The notes under the pieces: generated by a model
The model's database searches: none
What the model saw: only the letters and a program-made list of their open reading frames with translations
What the model was told of the DNA's origin: nothing
Made by a program: the position numbers and the translations under genes
Shown here: piece after piece, positions 8,093 through 18,447 of the stretch
Layout of the letters: each line of letters starts with the position of its first letter
Position numbering within the stretch: position 1 is the first letter of the stretch
Origin: Spirochaetia bacterium
Lineage (GTDB): Bacteria > Spirochaetota > Spirochaetia > DSM-27196 > PWMO01
DNA length: 64,000 nt
Assembly (NCBI GenBank): GCA_041686235.1
Contig: JAWLED010000001.1
Coordinates: 34,524 to 98,523 of the forward strand
Reading direction: 5' to 3'

Positions 8093-9730
8093 CTATTCGG
8101 TTTTGAACCGTTCGACCTTTTCCACGATGCGGGTGATGTTCTGCGCGTTCTTCCGGCCGTTCTGTGAAATCGTTCGGACCGCCTCGTTGATCCGACTAAT
8201 ATCATCGCCGATGCCGTTCATCGACTCGTTCACTTCCTTCGAAACGCTCGAGACCGTTTCGATATTGCCGTTTACACTCTGAGCGCTCGTGTCGATCTCC
8301 TGCGAGGCCGATTTGACCTCGTTGGACAGCTCGTCGATGCTCTGCAGCGACTTGAGCACTTCCGAGCTTGCCACCGATTGCTCGTTCATGGACGCCACGA
8401 TCTCGGCCATGGAGTCCACTACTTGCTGAATGTCTTCGACGATTTTCTCGAACGACTCGCCGGCGGCCCGATTGCTTTCGCCGGCAAAATTGACCTTTTC
8501 TACTTCGGACTTCAGCGTCGAGCTGATGGTCTTTGCGTTTTCGGCGGTCTGCTCGGCGAGGTTTCTGATCTCTTCGGCCACGACCGCAAAGCCCTTCCCC
8601 GCCTCTCCGGCATGTGCCGCCTCGATCGCCGCGTTCATCGACAGAAGGTTGGTCTGCCCCGCTATCGTGTTTATGACGTCGATCGCCGAGAGTATCTCGT
8701 TGGTGGAAGACTCAATACTTCCGATCGCCTCCACCGACTCGTTCATCTTCTCGTAGCCGGAGCGAGCCATGTCGAGCAGGCTGTTTGCCAGCTCTTTGCG
8801 TTGTCCCGCTATGTTGACAAGATTGTTGATGGAGGAGTTCATCTGCTCCACCGCCGCCACCGCATCGGAAACCGACGAGGCTTGGTTGCTCACCGAGCCG
8901 GCGAGCGAAGAAATGGAGGCGGAAATCTGATTGACGGCGGACGCCGATTGTTGGATTTCCGAGTCCAAGGTCTCGATCTGCGTTTTTACGCTCAACACCG
9001 AGGCGGATATCCGCTCGAGATGCCCGGCCGACTCTTGCGCACTGGAGTTGAGCTGCTCCCCGCTCTCCATCGTTTCTTGCGCGGCCTCTTTGGTCGCTTG
9101 CACCACCGAGCGAATGTTATCCACAAACGCGTTAAACGCGTCCGCAATTTCGCCGACCTCGTCGCGAGACTTCGTTTCGAGGCGGGCGGTAAGATCTCCC
9201 TCATGGCCCGATATGCCGCGCAGGTTGGACCGCAGCGCCCGCAACGGGCGCACGAGGCTAAATGCAAGAAAGGCGTATGTCACGACCACCATGGCGATAA
9301 CGATGATCAGCGTCAGTCCGAGTATATTGACGATGTAGGAGCGCAGTCCCGTTTCGATGGCCGAAACGTCGAGCCGGACGCGGACACCGTTTTCCACGTA
9401 GGTCATCGTCTCGTCCTCGATTTCCATTTCGGCTTCCTCGCTCACAGCCGCCGCTTCGATATCGATAAGCTCGAGCTCAGAGAGCCGAGACCGAAGAGCC
9501 TCCACGTAGTCGGGATCCTCGAGGCGGTCGCGGTCCACCGCCCGCACGATGACTTCCGACTCGAAACGAAAGTGATCGACAAGCCGATCGTACTCGGAAA
9601 ACGCGGAGAAGACGAGAATCACGAGTTCCACCAACAGAAGCGACGCGGCAAGAATCGCGATGATCTTTACGCTTATGCGCCGATGTAACGCTCCCCCCGT
9701 GCCTGATTCCGACGAAGCCGGCGTTTCCAT
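8093..9730 (-). CDS. Methyl-accepting chemotaxis protein
   Basis: Two TM helices and a HAMP domain. Signalling hairpin [42 protein letters not shown] 9730 is preferred because AAGGAG lies 9 nt upstream; the track start is 9739. Confidence 0.9.
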   Translation of the reverse strand: METPASSESGTGGALHRRISVKIIAILAASLLLVELVILVFSAFSEYDRLVDHFRFESEVIVRAVDRDRLEDPDYVEALRSRLSELELIDIEAAAVSEEAEMEIEDETMTYVENGVRVRLDVSAIETGLRSYIVNILGLTLIIVIAMVVVTYAFLAFSLVRPLRALRSNLRGISGHEGDLTARLETKSRDEVGEIADAFNAFVDNIRSVVQATKEAAQETMESGEQLNSSAQESAGHLERISASVLSVKTQIETLDSEIQQSASAVNQISASISSLAGSVSNQASSVSDAVAAVEQMNSSINNLVNIAGQRKELANSLLDMARSGYEKMNESVEAIGSIESSTNEILSAIDVINTIAGQTNLLSMNAAIEAAHAGEAGKGFAVVAEEIRNLAEQTAENAKTISSTLKSEVEKVNFAGESNRAAGESFEKIVEDIQQVVDSMAEIVASMNEQSVASSEVLKSLQSIDELSNEVKSASQEIDTSAQSVNGNIETVSSVSKEVNESMNGIGDDISRINEAVRTISQNGRKNAQNITRIVEKVERFKTE

Positions 9731-9780
9731 AATCACCATCTCCTTTTCCTTCGTTCGAGCCGAATCCGGATCGAGCTACA

Positions 9781-12450
9781 TCAGACCTTGAGGTCGGCAA
9801 GATACGTATCTAGTTTCTCGACCTGACGCGACAGTTCCTGTTCCTTTTCTCGCTCTTTGTTGACCACGTCCTCACCGGCGTTTTGCAGAAAGCCCGGGTT
9901 ATCGAGCTTGCGCCGCGTGTTTTCGAGCTGCTTTGCCGCTTTCTGCCGGTTCTTCTCGAGCCTCGTAACTTGGGCTTCTACGTCGACGACGTCTCGCACA
10001 TACACATACACTTCGAATCCGACCCCGACCAGGGCAACACTGCCCTCACGACTCGGTTGCTCATCTACGAAACCGATCTCTTCGGCGCCGGTAAGCATGC
10101 TCACGAGCTCTACATGCTCGCGAAGGAACTCGCCCCCGCCGAAATCAGCTTCGAACGTAATTTCGAACGAGATGCGCTTGGCCGGCGGAATGGTAAACTC
10201 ACTGCGGAGGGTGCGAATCAGTCGGACGAGCTCTTGCAACGACTCGAACCGGGAGTTGATCTCCGGAGCCGACCGCTCATCGTTTGGCTGCGGGTAAGAC
10301 GCAACAATCGCGCTCTCGGCCTTACCGCCGAAGTCCGGCAGTTGAGTGAAGATTTCTTCGGTAATAAACGACATGAACGGGTGGAGGAGTCTCAGGCTCT
10401 CTTCCAAGACGTATATGAGAAGCGACACGCCGCGGTCCTTCTCGGCCTCGTCGTCTGAGTACAGCGAGAGCTTGGACGCCTCGATGTACCAGTCGCAGAA
10501 GTCGCTCCAGAAGAACTCATAAACCGCCTGAGCGGCGCTGCTAAAGCGGTACGCTTCCATGCTGCGGCGCACCTCCACCGCAGCCTCATTGAGCCGGTGG
10601 TAGATCCACCGGTCGACGTCGGTGAAAGAAAGCTCGTCGGCCGGCACCAGGGTGCGCCCGTGGAGGTTCATGAGAATGTAGCGAGAGGCGTTCCAGATCT
10701 TGTTGGCGAACTTCGAGCCGAAGTGAAAATCGTCTTTCTCGAGGAGGATGTCCTGACCGGAGGTTGCCAGAAACGCCAGGGTGAACTTGTGCGCATCAGC
10801 GCCGAACTCGTTGACCACATCCAGCGGGTCAATGCCGTTTCCGAGAGACTTCGACATCTTTTGGCCCTGCTTATCGCGGATCAGACCGGTGATGTAGATG
10901 TCTCGAAACGGAGCCTGACCCATAAACTCCATGGACGCCATGATCATGCGGGCGACCCAGAAAAAGATGATGTCATAGGCGGTCACCAGGGTGCTCGTCG
11001 GGAAAAACACCTCGAGGTCTTCGGTTTGCTCCGGCCATCCCAGCGTCGAGAAGGGCCACAACCACGAAGAGAACCAGGTATCGAGCACGTCCTCGTCCTG
11101 TACGAGGTTACGCCCTGCGTTTTCGGGTTTCTCGGTGGGATCCTCGCGCGAGACGATCATCTCTCCGCTGTCCTGGTCGTACCAAACCGGTATGCGATGG
11201 CCCCACCACAGTTGGCGGGATATGCACCAGTCGCGAATGTTTTCGAGCCACGCGGTATAGGTGTTTTCCCATCGCTTGGGGTAAAAGCGCACCTCCCCGC
11301 GCTTCCACGCACCGAGCGCCTTGTCCGCGAGCGGCCGCATCCTTACGAACCACTGTTCGGAGAGGTAGGGCTCGATGACCGAATTGCAGCGATAACAGTG
11401 GCCGATTTGATGCGGGTTGTCTTCGTCGCCGAGATAGTAGCCCTGCTCTTTGAGGTCCTCGACCACCTTCGCCCGCGCGTCTTTGACGCTGAGATCGCGG
11501 TAGCGCTCCGGCACGTTCTCGTTGAGCGTTCCGTCGGGGTTGAGGATGTTAAGTAACTCCAACTCGTGACGCCGGGCAATGTCGTAGTCGTTTTGATCGT
11601 GTCCCGGGGTTATCTTTACCGCGCCGGAGCCGAACTCCATGTCCACGTACTCGTCGGCGATAACAGGAAGACTCCGCCCCACCAGCGGCAGGGTCACCCG
11701 CTTACCGACAACATTGCTGTAGCGGCCGTCTTCGGGATGCACCGCAACCGCCATGTCGCCGAGCATGGATTCCGGTCTCGTGGTTGCAATCTCAATGTTT
11801 CCCGAGCCGTCCTCCAAGGGGTAGGTGTAGCGATAGAGCTTGCCGGCCTCCTCCCAGTGAACGACCTCATCGTCGGAAAGGGCGGTACCGCAGGAGGGAC
11901 ACCAGTTGACCAGATAGTATCCGCGGTAAATGAGGTCACGCTCGTAGAGCGTCACGAACACCTCATTCACCGCCCGCGATAGTCCCTCGTCCAGGGTGAA
12001 GCGCTCCCGGCTCCAATCGCAGGAGGCGCCGATCCGCTCGAGCTGACGCGTGATGACCTTGTGATGCTCTTCCTTTACCTTCCAGGTTTCCTCGACGAAC
12101 TTCTCTCGCCCGAGGTCGTACTTATCGATACCCCGCTCACGCAGCTTGCGATCCACCACGTTCTGGGTGGCAATACCGGCATGATCGGTACCCGGCACCC
12201 ACAACGTCGGCTCGCCGAGCATACGGTGGTAGCGCACGAGGACGTCCTGCAGGCTGTTGTTGAGCCCGTGGCCCATATGGAGCACACCGGTGACGTTGGG
12301 GGGCGGAATGACGATGACGAAGGGATTGCCCTTGGCCGAGACCTCGCTCGGATCGCCCGGGGAAAAATAGCCGCGCTCCTTCCACATCGCGTAGATGCGA
12401 TCCTCGAATTCCTTGTGGTTGAAGCTCTTTGCAAGCTCGACCGCCTTCAT
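9781..12450 (-). CDS. valS: Valyl-tRNA synthetase
   Basis: PPPNVTGVLHMGHGLN (HIGH), KMSKSLGN and a C-terminal coiled coil. ATG 12450 has GAAGGAG 5 nt upstream; the track start 12516 adds 22 implausible residues. Confidence 0.95.
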   Translation of the reverse strand: MKAVELAKSFNHKEFEDRIYAMWKERGYFSPGDPSEVSAKGNPFVIVIPPPNVTGVLHMGHGLNNSLQDVLVRYHRMLGEPTLWVPGTDHAGIATQNVVDRKLRERGIDKYDLGREKFVEETWKVKEEHHKVITRQLERIGASCDWSRERFTLDEGLSRAVNEVFVTLYERDLIYRGYYLVNWCPSCGTALSDDEVVHWEEAGKLYRYTYPLEDGSGNIEIATTRPESMLGDMAVAVHPEDGRYSNVVGKRVTLPLVGRSLPVIADEYVDMEFGSGAVKITPGHDQNDYDIARRHELELLNILNPDGTLNENVPERYRDLSVKDARAKVVEDLKEQGYYLGDEDNPHQIGHCYRCNSVIEPYLSEQWFVRMRPLADKALGAWKRGEVRFYPKRWENTYTAWLENIRDWCISRQLWWGHRIPVWYDQDSGEMIVSREDPTEKPENAGRNLVQDEDVLDTWFSSWLWPFSTLGWPEQTEDLEVFFPTSTLVTAYDIIFFWVARMIMASMEFMGQAPFRDIYITGLIRDKQGQKMSKSLGNGIDPLDVVNEFGADAHKFTLAFLATSGQDILLEKDDFHFGSKFANKIWNASRYILMNLHGRTLVPADELSFTDVDRWIYHRLNEAAVEVRRSMEAYRFSSAAQAVYEFFWSDFCDWYIEASKLSLYSDDEAEKDRGVSLLIYVLEESLRLLHPFMSFITEEIFTQLPDFGGKAESAIVASYPQPNDERSAPEINSRFESLQELVRLIRTLRSEFTIPPAKRISFEITFEADFGGGEFLREHVELVSMLTGAEEIGFVDEQPSREGSVALVGVGFEVYVYVRDVVDVEAQVTRLEKNRQKAAKQLENTRRKLDNPGFLQNAGEDVVNKEREKEQELSRQVEKLDTYLADLKV

Positions 12451-12478
12451 GCACGCTCCTTCAAACGGTGGTGGCGCT

Positions 12479-12507
12479 ATCATACTCAATTTGTCGTCAC
12501 TCTTCAA
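12479..12507 (-). promoter_or_regulatory. Sigma70-like promoter for valS
   Basis: On the minus strand: TTGAAG (12507-12502), 17 nt, TATGAT (12484-12479). This supports the 12450 start. Confidence 0.4.
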
Positions 12508-12676
12508 TGTGGCCATACCTGCAGCTACAGACCGCCCCGATGCGGGTCTCGCCGGACCTTTCGCGGGGTGTCCACAAGCGCCACGACCAAAAAAGCGGTC
12601 GGACCCGGCTCATTAGTGGGTGTAACCGCTTTTCTCTATTGACCAATTGCCGATATTTTGCAACATGACGGTCCAT

Positions 12677-15241
12677 ATGTCGGAACGTGTACTCGTCATT
12701 GTCGAATCACCAACCAAAGCGCGGACCATAAAGCGCTTCTTGCCCAAGAACTATCACGTAGAGGCCAGCATCGGTCATGTGCGTGATCTTCCACAACGTG
12801 CCTCCGATGTACCGAAGCGGCTAAAACAAGAGGATTGGGCCCGCCTCGGCATCGACGTCGAGAACGATTTCACGCCTCTCTATATCCTGCCCAAGGGCAA
12901 GACGAAGATCATTCGCGAGCTCAAAGCCAAGCTCAAGGAATCGGATGCGCTCGTGCTCGCCACCGACGAAGACAGAGAAGGAGAGAGCATCTCGTGGCAC
13001 CTCGTAGAGGTTCTCAAGCCGAAGGTGCCGATCCGGCGCATGGTTTTCCACGAGATCACCAAAAACGCCATCGAAGAGTCGCTGGAGAATTACCGTGAAA
13101 TCGACATGAGCCTGGTCAAGGCCCAGGAAACCCGTCGAATCCTCGACCGGCTCTATGGATTTACCCTCTCTCCGCTGGTGTGGAAAAAGATTGCCTACGG
13201 CCTTTCGGCAGGTCGCGTGCAGTCCCCGGGTCTCAGGCTCATCGTGGAACGTGAGCGAGAGCGCATCCGCTTCAATAAATCGGTGTACTGGGACCTCAAA
13301 GCGGAGCTCAGCTCTCCCAAGGATGAGGCCGGGGCCGTTTTCGAGGCCCGACTGGCAACCGTAGACGGAAAGCGGGTAGCCGGCGGAAAGGACTTCGACT
13401 CCACCACCGGTGAGCTGTCGAAGGCCGACGTTCGCGTCCTCAGTAAGGAAGAAGCCGAGGCCCTCACCGAAAAGCTTAAACAAACCGATTGGACGGTCAA
13501 AGAGGTCACCGAAAAGGAAACGACCTCCCGCCCGGCGCCGCCGTTCATTACCTCCTCTTTGCAACAAGAGGCAAACCGCAAGCTCGGCATGTCCGCGCGA
13601 GACACAATGCGCACGGCCCAAAAACTCTACGAAGAGGGGCTCATCACCTACATGCGTACCGACTCGCCCCATCTGTCCGGCGAGGCAATCGGTGGCGCGC
13701 GTCGCACGGTGGAAGAACGCTACGGCGAGGAATATCTCTTTGAGCGGCCCCGCCAGTTCTCCTCGAAAGCCCGCGCCCAGGAGGCTCACGAGGCCATCAG
13801 GCCCGCCGGATCGGCGTTTACCGACCCGGCCCGCAGCAACCTCAGCGGGAAGGATCGCGCGCTCTACGAGATGATCTGGAAACGAACCCTTGCCACGCAA
13901 ATGGCGGACGCAAAGAAGCTGCAGGTATCGGCCCGCATCGAGGCGGATGAGTGCGAGTTCACCGCCGGCGGGACGCGCATTCTCTTTCCAGGCTTTCTGC
14001 GCGTGTATGTGGAAGGTAAAGATGATCCGGATGCCGCCCTCGACGACAAAGAAGTCCTGCTTCCCGACCTGAGCGAGGGACAAAACCTCGACTTGCACGG
14101 ACTCGAGCCCTTATATCATGAAACGAAGCCACCCGCGCGCTTCACCGAGGCGTCGCTCGTTCAGCGTCTCGAGCGCGAAGGCATCGGCCGGCCAAGCACC
14201 TACGCATCGATCATATCGACGCTCTATGAGCGCGGATATGTCCGCCGCCAAGGGACGGCCCTCGTACCCACGTTTACCGGTTTTGCCGTTACACAGCTTC
14301 TCGAGCGTCATTTCCACTATCTCATCGAGTACGGGTTTACTTCGGCCATGGAAAACGCGCTCGACGAGATTGCCTACGGCGAGCGCGACTCGCTGCAGTA
14401 CCTCAAGGACTTCTATCTCGGGGAAAACGGTCTCAAGCAGCAGGTCGAGGAACGCGAGGGTGCGATCGACCCGACCGAGTCGCGCATGGTGTCTCTGCCC
14501 CAACTCCCGGAGAACACCGAAATCCGCGTAGGGCGCTACGGCCCCTATCTCGTACACCAGAGTGATGGGGAAGAAGCCGTCCATGCCTCCATTCCCGAGG
14601 AAGTTGCTCCGGCAGACCTCGACGAGCATGAAATACAAGAGCTCATCGAGCTGAGCAAGAACGGCCCGGAGCCCCTCGGTACGGACCCCGAAACCGGACT
14701 CGACGTGTATTGCCTCGTCGGCCGTTATGGGCCGTACGTACAACTCGGCGAGAAGAACGAAGGTGAGGAGAAGCCGAAACGGGCGAGTCTGCCGAAGGGC
14801 TCAAAACCGCGGGACATCGACCTGGAGTTTGCTCTCAAGCTTCTGAGCCTGCCGCGCAATCTCGGACCGCATCCGGAGACCGGCAAGGAGGTCCTCGCAA
14901 ACAACGGACGGTTCGGCCCCTACGTCTTCCATGACGGGGAGTACCGCTCCTTGAAGAAAGACGACGACGTCTACACGATCGACCTCGCGCGTGCGGTGGA
15001 GCTGCTCAAAGAAGAGAAAAAGGGCGGGCGCCGCTCCAAAAAAATCCGAGATCTCGGCACCGACCCCGAAAAGGAAAAGAAGGTCGCCGTCTACGACGGC
15101 AAGTACGGCCCCTACATTAAGTACGGGACCAAAAACGTGAGCCTTCCCGACGACAAAAAAGAGAAAGAGGCAATCGAGAAGCTGACCCTCGAGGAGGCCC
15201 TGAACATCGTAGCCGCCTCCTCCAAATCAAAGTCCAAGTAG
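12677..15241 (+). CDS. topA: DNA topoisomerase I (no Zn-ribbon Cys; four G(R/K)(Y/F)GPY C-terminal repeats)
   Basis: VIVESPTKARTIKRF (TOPRIM) and EGLITYMRTDS (active-site Tyr). C-terminal GRYGPYLV, GRYGPYVQ, GRFGPYVF, GKYGPYIK. The start is ambiguous among TTG 12647, ATG 12665 and ATG 12677. Confidence 0.95.
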   Translation: MSERVLVIVESPTKARTIKRFLPKNYHVEASIGHVRDLPQRASDVPKRLKQEDWARLGIDVENDFTPLYILPKGKTKIIRELKAKLKESDALVLATDEDREGESISWHLVEVLKPKVPIRRMVFHEITKNAIEESLENYREIDMSLVKAQETRRILDRLYGFTLSPLVWKKIAYGLSAGRVQSPGLRLIVERERERIRFNKSVYWDLKAELSSPKDEAGAVFEARLATVDGKRVAGGKDFDSTTGELSKADVRVLSKEEAEALTEKLKQTDWTVKEVTEKETTSRPAPPFITSSLQQEANRKLGMSARDTMRTAQKLYEEGLITYMRTDSPHLSGEAIGGARRTVEERYGEEYLFERPRQFSSKARAQEAHEAIRPAGSAFTDPARSNLSGKDRALYEMIWKRTLATQMADAKKLQVSARIEADECEFTAGGTRILFPGFLRVYVEGKDDPDAALDDKEVLLPDLSEGQNLDLHGLEPLYHETKPPARFTEASLVQRLEREGIGRPSTYASIISTLYERGYVRRQGTALVPTFTGFAVTQLLERHFHYLIEYGFTSAMENALDEIAYGERDSLQYLKDFYLGENGLKQQVEEREGAIDPTESRMVSLPQLPENTEIRVGRYGPYLVHQSDGEEAVHASIPEEVAPADLDEHEIQELIELSKNGPEPLGTDPETGLDVYCLVGRYGPYVQLGEKNEGEEKPKRASLPKGSKPRDIDLEFALKLLSLPRNLGPHPETGKEVLANNGRFGPYVFHDGEYRSLKKDDDVYTIDLARAVELLKEEKKGGRRSKKIRDLGTDPEKEKKVAVYDGKYGPYIKYGTKNVSLPDDKKEKEAIEKLTLEEALNIVAASSKSKSK

Positions 15242-15248
15242 GGCGGTC

Positions 15249-15749
15249 TCAGCTCCGCAGCTCTTCGGGCACCACCGGCGCGTTGGAAAACCCGTGCTTT
15301 TCGAAGTAGCGTTGATGATACCCTTCGGCGGGGTAAAAGGTGGTTGCGGGGGTAATCTCCGTCTGAACGGTGCCCTTGATTTTGCGAGGACCGTTCCCCG
15401 CTTCGAGCTCCGCCACCGCACGCTCGGCTGCGGCACGCTGCTCTTCGTTGCGATAGAAGACGGCCGAACGGTACTGTTCGCCGATATCAGGGCCCTGCCT
15501 GTTCTTCTGCGTCGGATCGTGTACCGTGAAAAACACGCGCAGCAGGTCCTCAAAGCTCACCTGCGCGGGATCGTACTCGATCTCCACGGTTTCGGCATGG
15601 CCGGTCGTACCGCTGCACACCTCTTCGTAGGTCGGGTGTTCCGTTTTGCCGCCGGTGTAGCCCGACCGCACGGACGAAACGCCCTTCACATTTCGGAACG
15701 CGTCTTCCACGCCCCAAAAACACCCTGCTGCAAATAGTGCCGTGTCCAT
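15249..15749 (-). CDS. msrA: Peptide methionine-S-sulfoxide reductase
   Basis: MDTALFAAGCFWGVE... ATG 15749 is preferred over TTG 15764. Confidence 0.9.
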   Translation of the reverse strand: MDTALFAAGCFWGVEDAFRNVKGVSSVRSGYTGGKTEHPTYEEVCSGTTGHAETVEIEYDPAQVSFEDLLRVFFTVHDPTQKNRQGPDIGEQYRSAVFYRNEEQRAAAERAVAELEAGNGPRKIKGTVQTEITPATTFYPAEGYHQRYFEKHGFSNAPVVPEELRS

Positions 15750-15772
15750 AGTGTTCCTATTCAATTCGAATC

Positions 15773-17005
15773 CTAGCTGATTCGTTTTTGTTGTCTGCGA
15801 GCCCGCTCGATTTTTTCCATCTTGCGGTAATACTTTGCCTGCTTATCGATTTCTTCGATGTCCGACACGTGGATTCTGTTATCCGCTGCCTTGATCTTGG
15901 AGTTCTGAAGCATCTCTTTCATGGCCTGATTTCCCTCGTTCATCGGAAGACCGACCATGTTGATAAGCTCCCTCGTGCCGAAGTCGAACGTGTAGGCCTC
16001 TCCCGAGCGGATGGGAACCCGGTTTTTCTCGAGTTGAATGAGCAATGCATCATACAGCCGCCCGACCTTGTCACTAAGCAAGGTATTGGCAAGCTGCTTG
16101 TAGATAAACCAAATGCGTTCCGCCAGAAGAGTCGTGAGCCGAGCAATGATTTGTGGCTGCGTTTGCACCATGCGCTCGAAGTTCTCTTGATTTACCGCCA
16201 GCAGTACCGTTTCTTCAAACGCAATTGCGCTTGCCGAGCGCGGTTTGTTTTCGATCAACGACATTTCGCCGAAAATGTCTCCCTGCTTGAGCACGGCCAA
16301 CAGCACTTCATTATCGTTGACGATCTTGGTAATCTTGACGCTGCCCTTCTGAATAATGTAGAGCTCACGCCCCGGCATTGTCTCCGCGAAGATCATCGTG
16401 TCTTTCGGATACGTGCGCGTAAAGACCTCGCCGCCGCCGTCAAGATAAACGGCCTTTGCGTAGGGCTTTATCTTCATCATCCGTTCTTGCGCAAGCTGAA
16501 CGTTTCCTCCCTCCGGAACGTGACTGATGTACTGGTAGTACGCGTAATAGGCCTGATTGTATTGGTTCTGCCGCGCGTAGTATTCGGCCACATAGAACAG
16601 GTGGCTTGGATCGGGTTCCGCGGTTTCCTTGAACGTCAGGCGAGCCAGGGCCTCGTCGAGGTAGCGCATGCGGCGCGAAAAAGCCTCGATGATCTTCATG
16701 GCAACCGGTGCGTTACGCTCAATGAGCAGCGTGTAATTGTCTCGATTTACCGAAATGAGGGTAACATCGGTGAGAGCCTGTGCGGTCTCGATGTGGCTGT
16801 GCCCGGACATAGTGGACACGACACCAAAGAAATCGCCGGGCCCGAGCACGTTACCGCCCTCTTCCTCTACGACCTCGACCTCTTTGCTGATGCGCACCTT
16901 ACCCGCGCGAATAATGAAGAATTGGTCGGCCTTTTGCTTGCCTTCAACAATGATATACGCATCCTTGTTGAAGTTGACCATCGAAAGCTGTAGAGGGTTG
17001 CCCAT
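15773..17005 (-). CDS. Tandem cyclic-nucleotide-binding (CNB) domain protein
   Basis: Two CNB modules: FIIRAGKVRISKEV...GPGDFFG and YIIQKGSVKITKIV...QGDIFGEMSLI. No obvious HTH. Start uncertain (17005 or 17032). Confidence 0.8.
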   Translation of the reverse strand: MGNPLQLSMVNFNKDAYIIVEGKQKADQFFIIRAGKVRISKEVEVVEEEGGNVLGPGDFFGVVSTMSGHSHIETAQALTDVTLISVNRDNYTLLIERNAPVAMKIIEAFSRRMRYLDEALARLTFKETAEPDPSHLFYVAEYYARQNQYNQAYYAYYQYISHVPEGGNVQLAQERMMKIKPYAKAVYLDGGGEVFTRTYPKDTMIFAETMPGRELYIIQKGSVKITKIVNDNEVLLAVLKQGDIFGEMSLIENKPRSASAIAFEETVLLAVNQENFERMVQTQPQIIARLTTLLAERIWFIYKQLANTLLSDKVGRLYDALLIQLEKNRVPIRSGEAYTFDFGTRELINMVGLPMNEGNQAMKEMLQNSKIKAADNRIHVSDIEEIDKQAKYYRKMEKIERARRQQKRIS

Positions 17006-17061
17006 CCTATGTTCCGCCCCAGAGACTTCCAAGTTAGTATACGAGCCTGCTCAAAGCTTTG

Positions 17062-18378
17062 TCAATGCGACGCACTCTGACCAGCTGCCTCGTCCGGATA
17101 CAGCGCAAACCGTTGTGAAAGCTCCTTCACTTCCTTCGCAACGCGTGTTACGACCCCTTCTTCTCCTTTGCTTTCGAGAACCCGTACAATAAGCGAGGCG
17201 ATATGCTCCATCTCCGGCTCTGCCATACCTCGTGTTGTCAAAGCCGGGGTACCAAGGCGAATACCAGAGGTAACAAGCGGGCTGCGGGTGTCGAACGGAA
17301 TGCCGTTCTTGTTTACCGTAATGTTCGCTCGGTCGAGGGCTTGCTCCGCTTCCTTGCCGGTCACTCCGAACGAGTTGACATCGACCAGCATGAGATGATT
17401 ATCCGTGCCCCCCGAAACGATCCGCGCCCCCTCTGCTTCGAGCGCCTTTGCCAGCGCCTGCGCATTCTTGACTATCTGCTTTTGGTAGGCGCGAAACGAT
17501 TCCGTTGCGGCTTCTTTGAAAGCTACCCCTTTTGCAGCGATGATGTGCATAAGGGGACCACCTTGAATACCGGGCATGACGTTTGAATCGATGATCTCCG
17601 AATAGCGCTTAACCCGGCCGGATTTCGCCGCCTTGATGCCAAGCGTGTTTTCGGTGTCGTTTCCGACGAGAATCAGCCCCCCTCTGGGACCGCGGAGTGT
17701 TTTGTGCGTGGTCGTCGTCGTAAAGTGCGCGTGCGGCACCGGTGAAGGATGATCCCCACTTGCCACGAGCCCCGCGATGTGCGCCATATCGGTAACGAAT
17801 AGCGCCCCTACCTCGTCGGCTATCCGGCGAAAACGCGCAAAGTCGATCGTCCGTGGATACGCGGACGCGCCGGCTATTATGAGCCCCGGTTTCGTCTCCT
17901 TCGCGACTCGCTCGAGCTCGTCGTAGTCGATGGTTTCGGTCTCTCGGTCTACACCATAGCTCGCAATATTGAACAGTTTACCCGAAAAGTTCACCGGGGC
18001 ACCGTGGGTAAGGTGCCCTCCATGTGCCAAGTTCATTCCCAGGATGGTATCGCCCGGATTGAGAACGGAGAAATACACCGCCATATTCGCCGAGCTCCCG
18101 GAATGCGGTTGCACGTTGGCATGATCGGCCCCGAACAATTCCTTAGCCCTGTCACGAGCCAGATTCTCGGCCATGTCGATATACTCGCAGCCCCCGTAGT
18201 ACCGTTTGCCGGGATATCCTTCCGCGTACTTATTGGTCAGCACCGTTCCGGCTGCCTCGAGCACGGCACGGCTTGTAAAGTTCTCGGAAGCTATGAGCTC
18301 CAGCTTCGTGCGCTCTCGCTGCTCTTCCAGCTGGACAATATCAAACATTTCTGGGTCGGCCTGTTGTAGGTATTTCAC
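17062..18378 (-). CDS. glyA: Serine hydroxymethyltransferase
   Basis: [17 protein letters not shown]-Lys motif. GTG start with AGGAG RBS. Confidence 0.95.
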   Translation of the reverse strand: MKYLQQADPEMFDIVQLEEQRERTKLELIASENFTSRAVLEAAGTVLTNKYAEGYPGKRYYGGCEYIDMAENLARDRAKELFGADHANVQPHSGSSANMAVYFSVLNPGDTILGMNLAHGGHLTHGAPVNFSGKLFNIASYGVDRETETIDYDELERVAKETKPGLIIAGASAYPRTIDFARFRRIADEVGALFVTDMAHIAGLVASGDHPSPVPHAHFTTTTTHKTLRGPRGGLILVGNDTENTLGIKAAKSGRVKRYSEIIDSNVMPGIQGGPLMHIIAAKGVAFKEAATESFRAYQKQIVKNAQALAKALEAEGARIVSGGTDNHLMLVDVNSFGVTGKEAEQALDRANITVNKNGIPFDTRSPLVTSGIRLGTPALTTRGMAEPEMEHIASLIVRVLESKGEEGVVTRVAKEVKELSQRFALYPDEAAGQSASH

Positions 18379-18447
18379 AAAACGGCTCCTACCGGTAAAT
18401 TTCGGATTACCCGGCTTATTTCAACATAGGTAATGCAAGCGGCCCTG

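Noticed and set aside
8378-9688. A series of long ORFs antisense to confirmed genes. They are 8378-9688 (MCP), 10597-11556 (valS), 12821-14098 (topA), 15788-16993 (CNB protein), 19285-20124, 21685-22509 (cysS), 31397-32188, 32175-32966 (ackA), 38953-39876 (sppA), 55941-56660 (efp), 58936-59700 (cobB) and 60060-60758.
   Set aside because: In the cases I checked (MCP, efp, ileS) the antisense ORF is in the codon-aligned antisense phase of a gene with clear family motifs. The products are low-complexity Arg/Gly/His-rich. This is the known shadow-ORF effect of GC-biased codon usage, not evidence of overlapping genes.
12588-12676. Inverted repeat AAAGCGGT...ACCGCTTT (25-nt loop) and a possible leaderless topA start (TATTTT box ending ~7 nt before ATG 12665).
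   Set aside because: The -35 element is poor, and three alternative starts are equally compatible with the sequence. This cannot be resolved without TSS data.
15765-15773. TTCGAATCC, which resembles a tRNA T-loop/T-stem.
   Set aside because: It lies in the gap of about 23 nt between the msrA start (15749) and the stop of the CNB gene (15773). There is no preceding GG, no acceptor or anticodon stems, and no room for a 75-nt tRNA.
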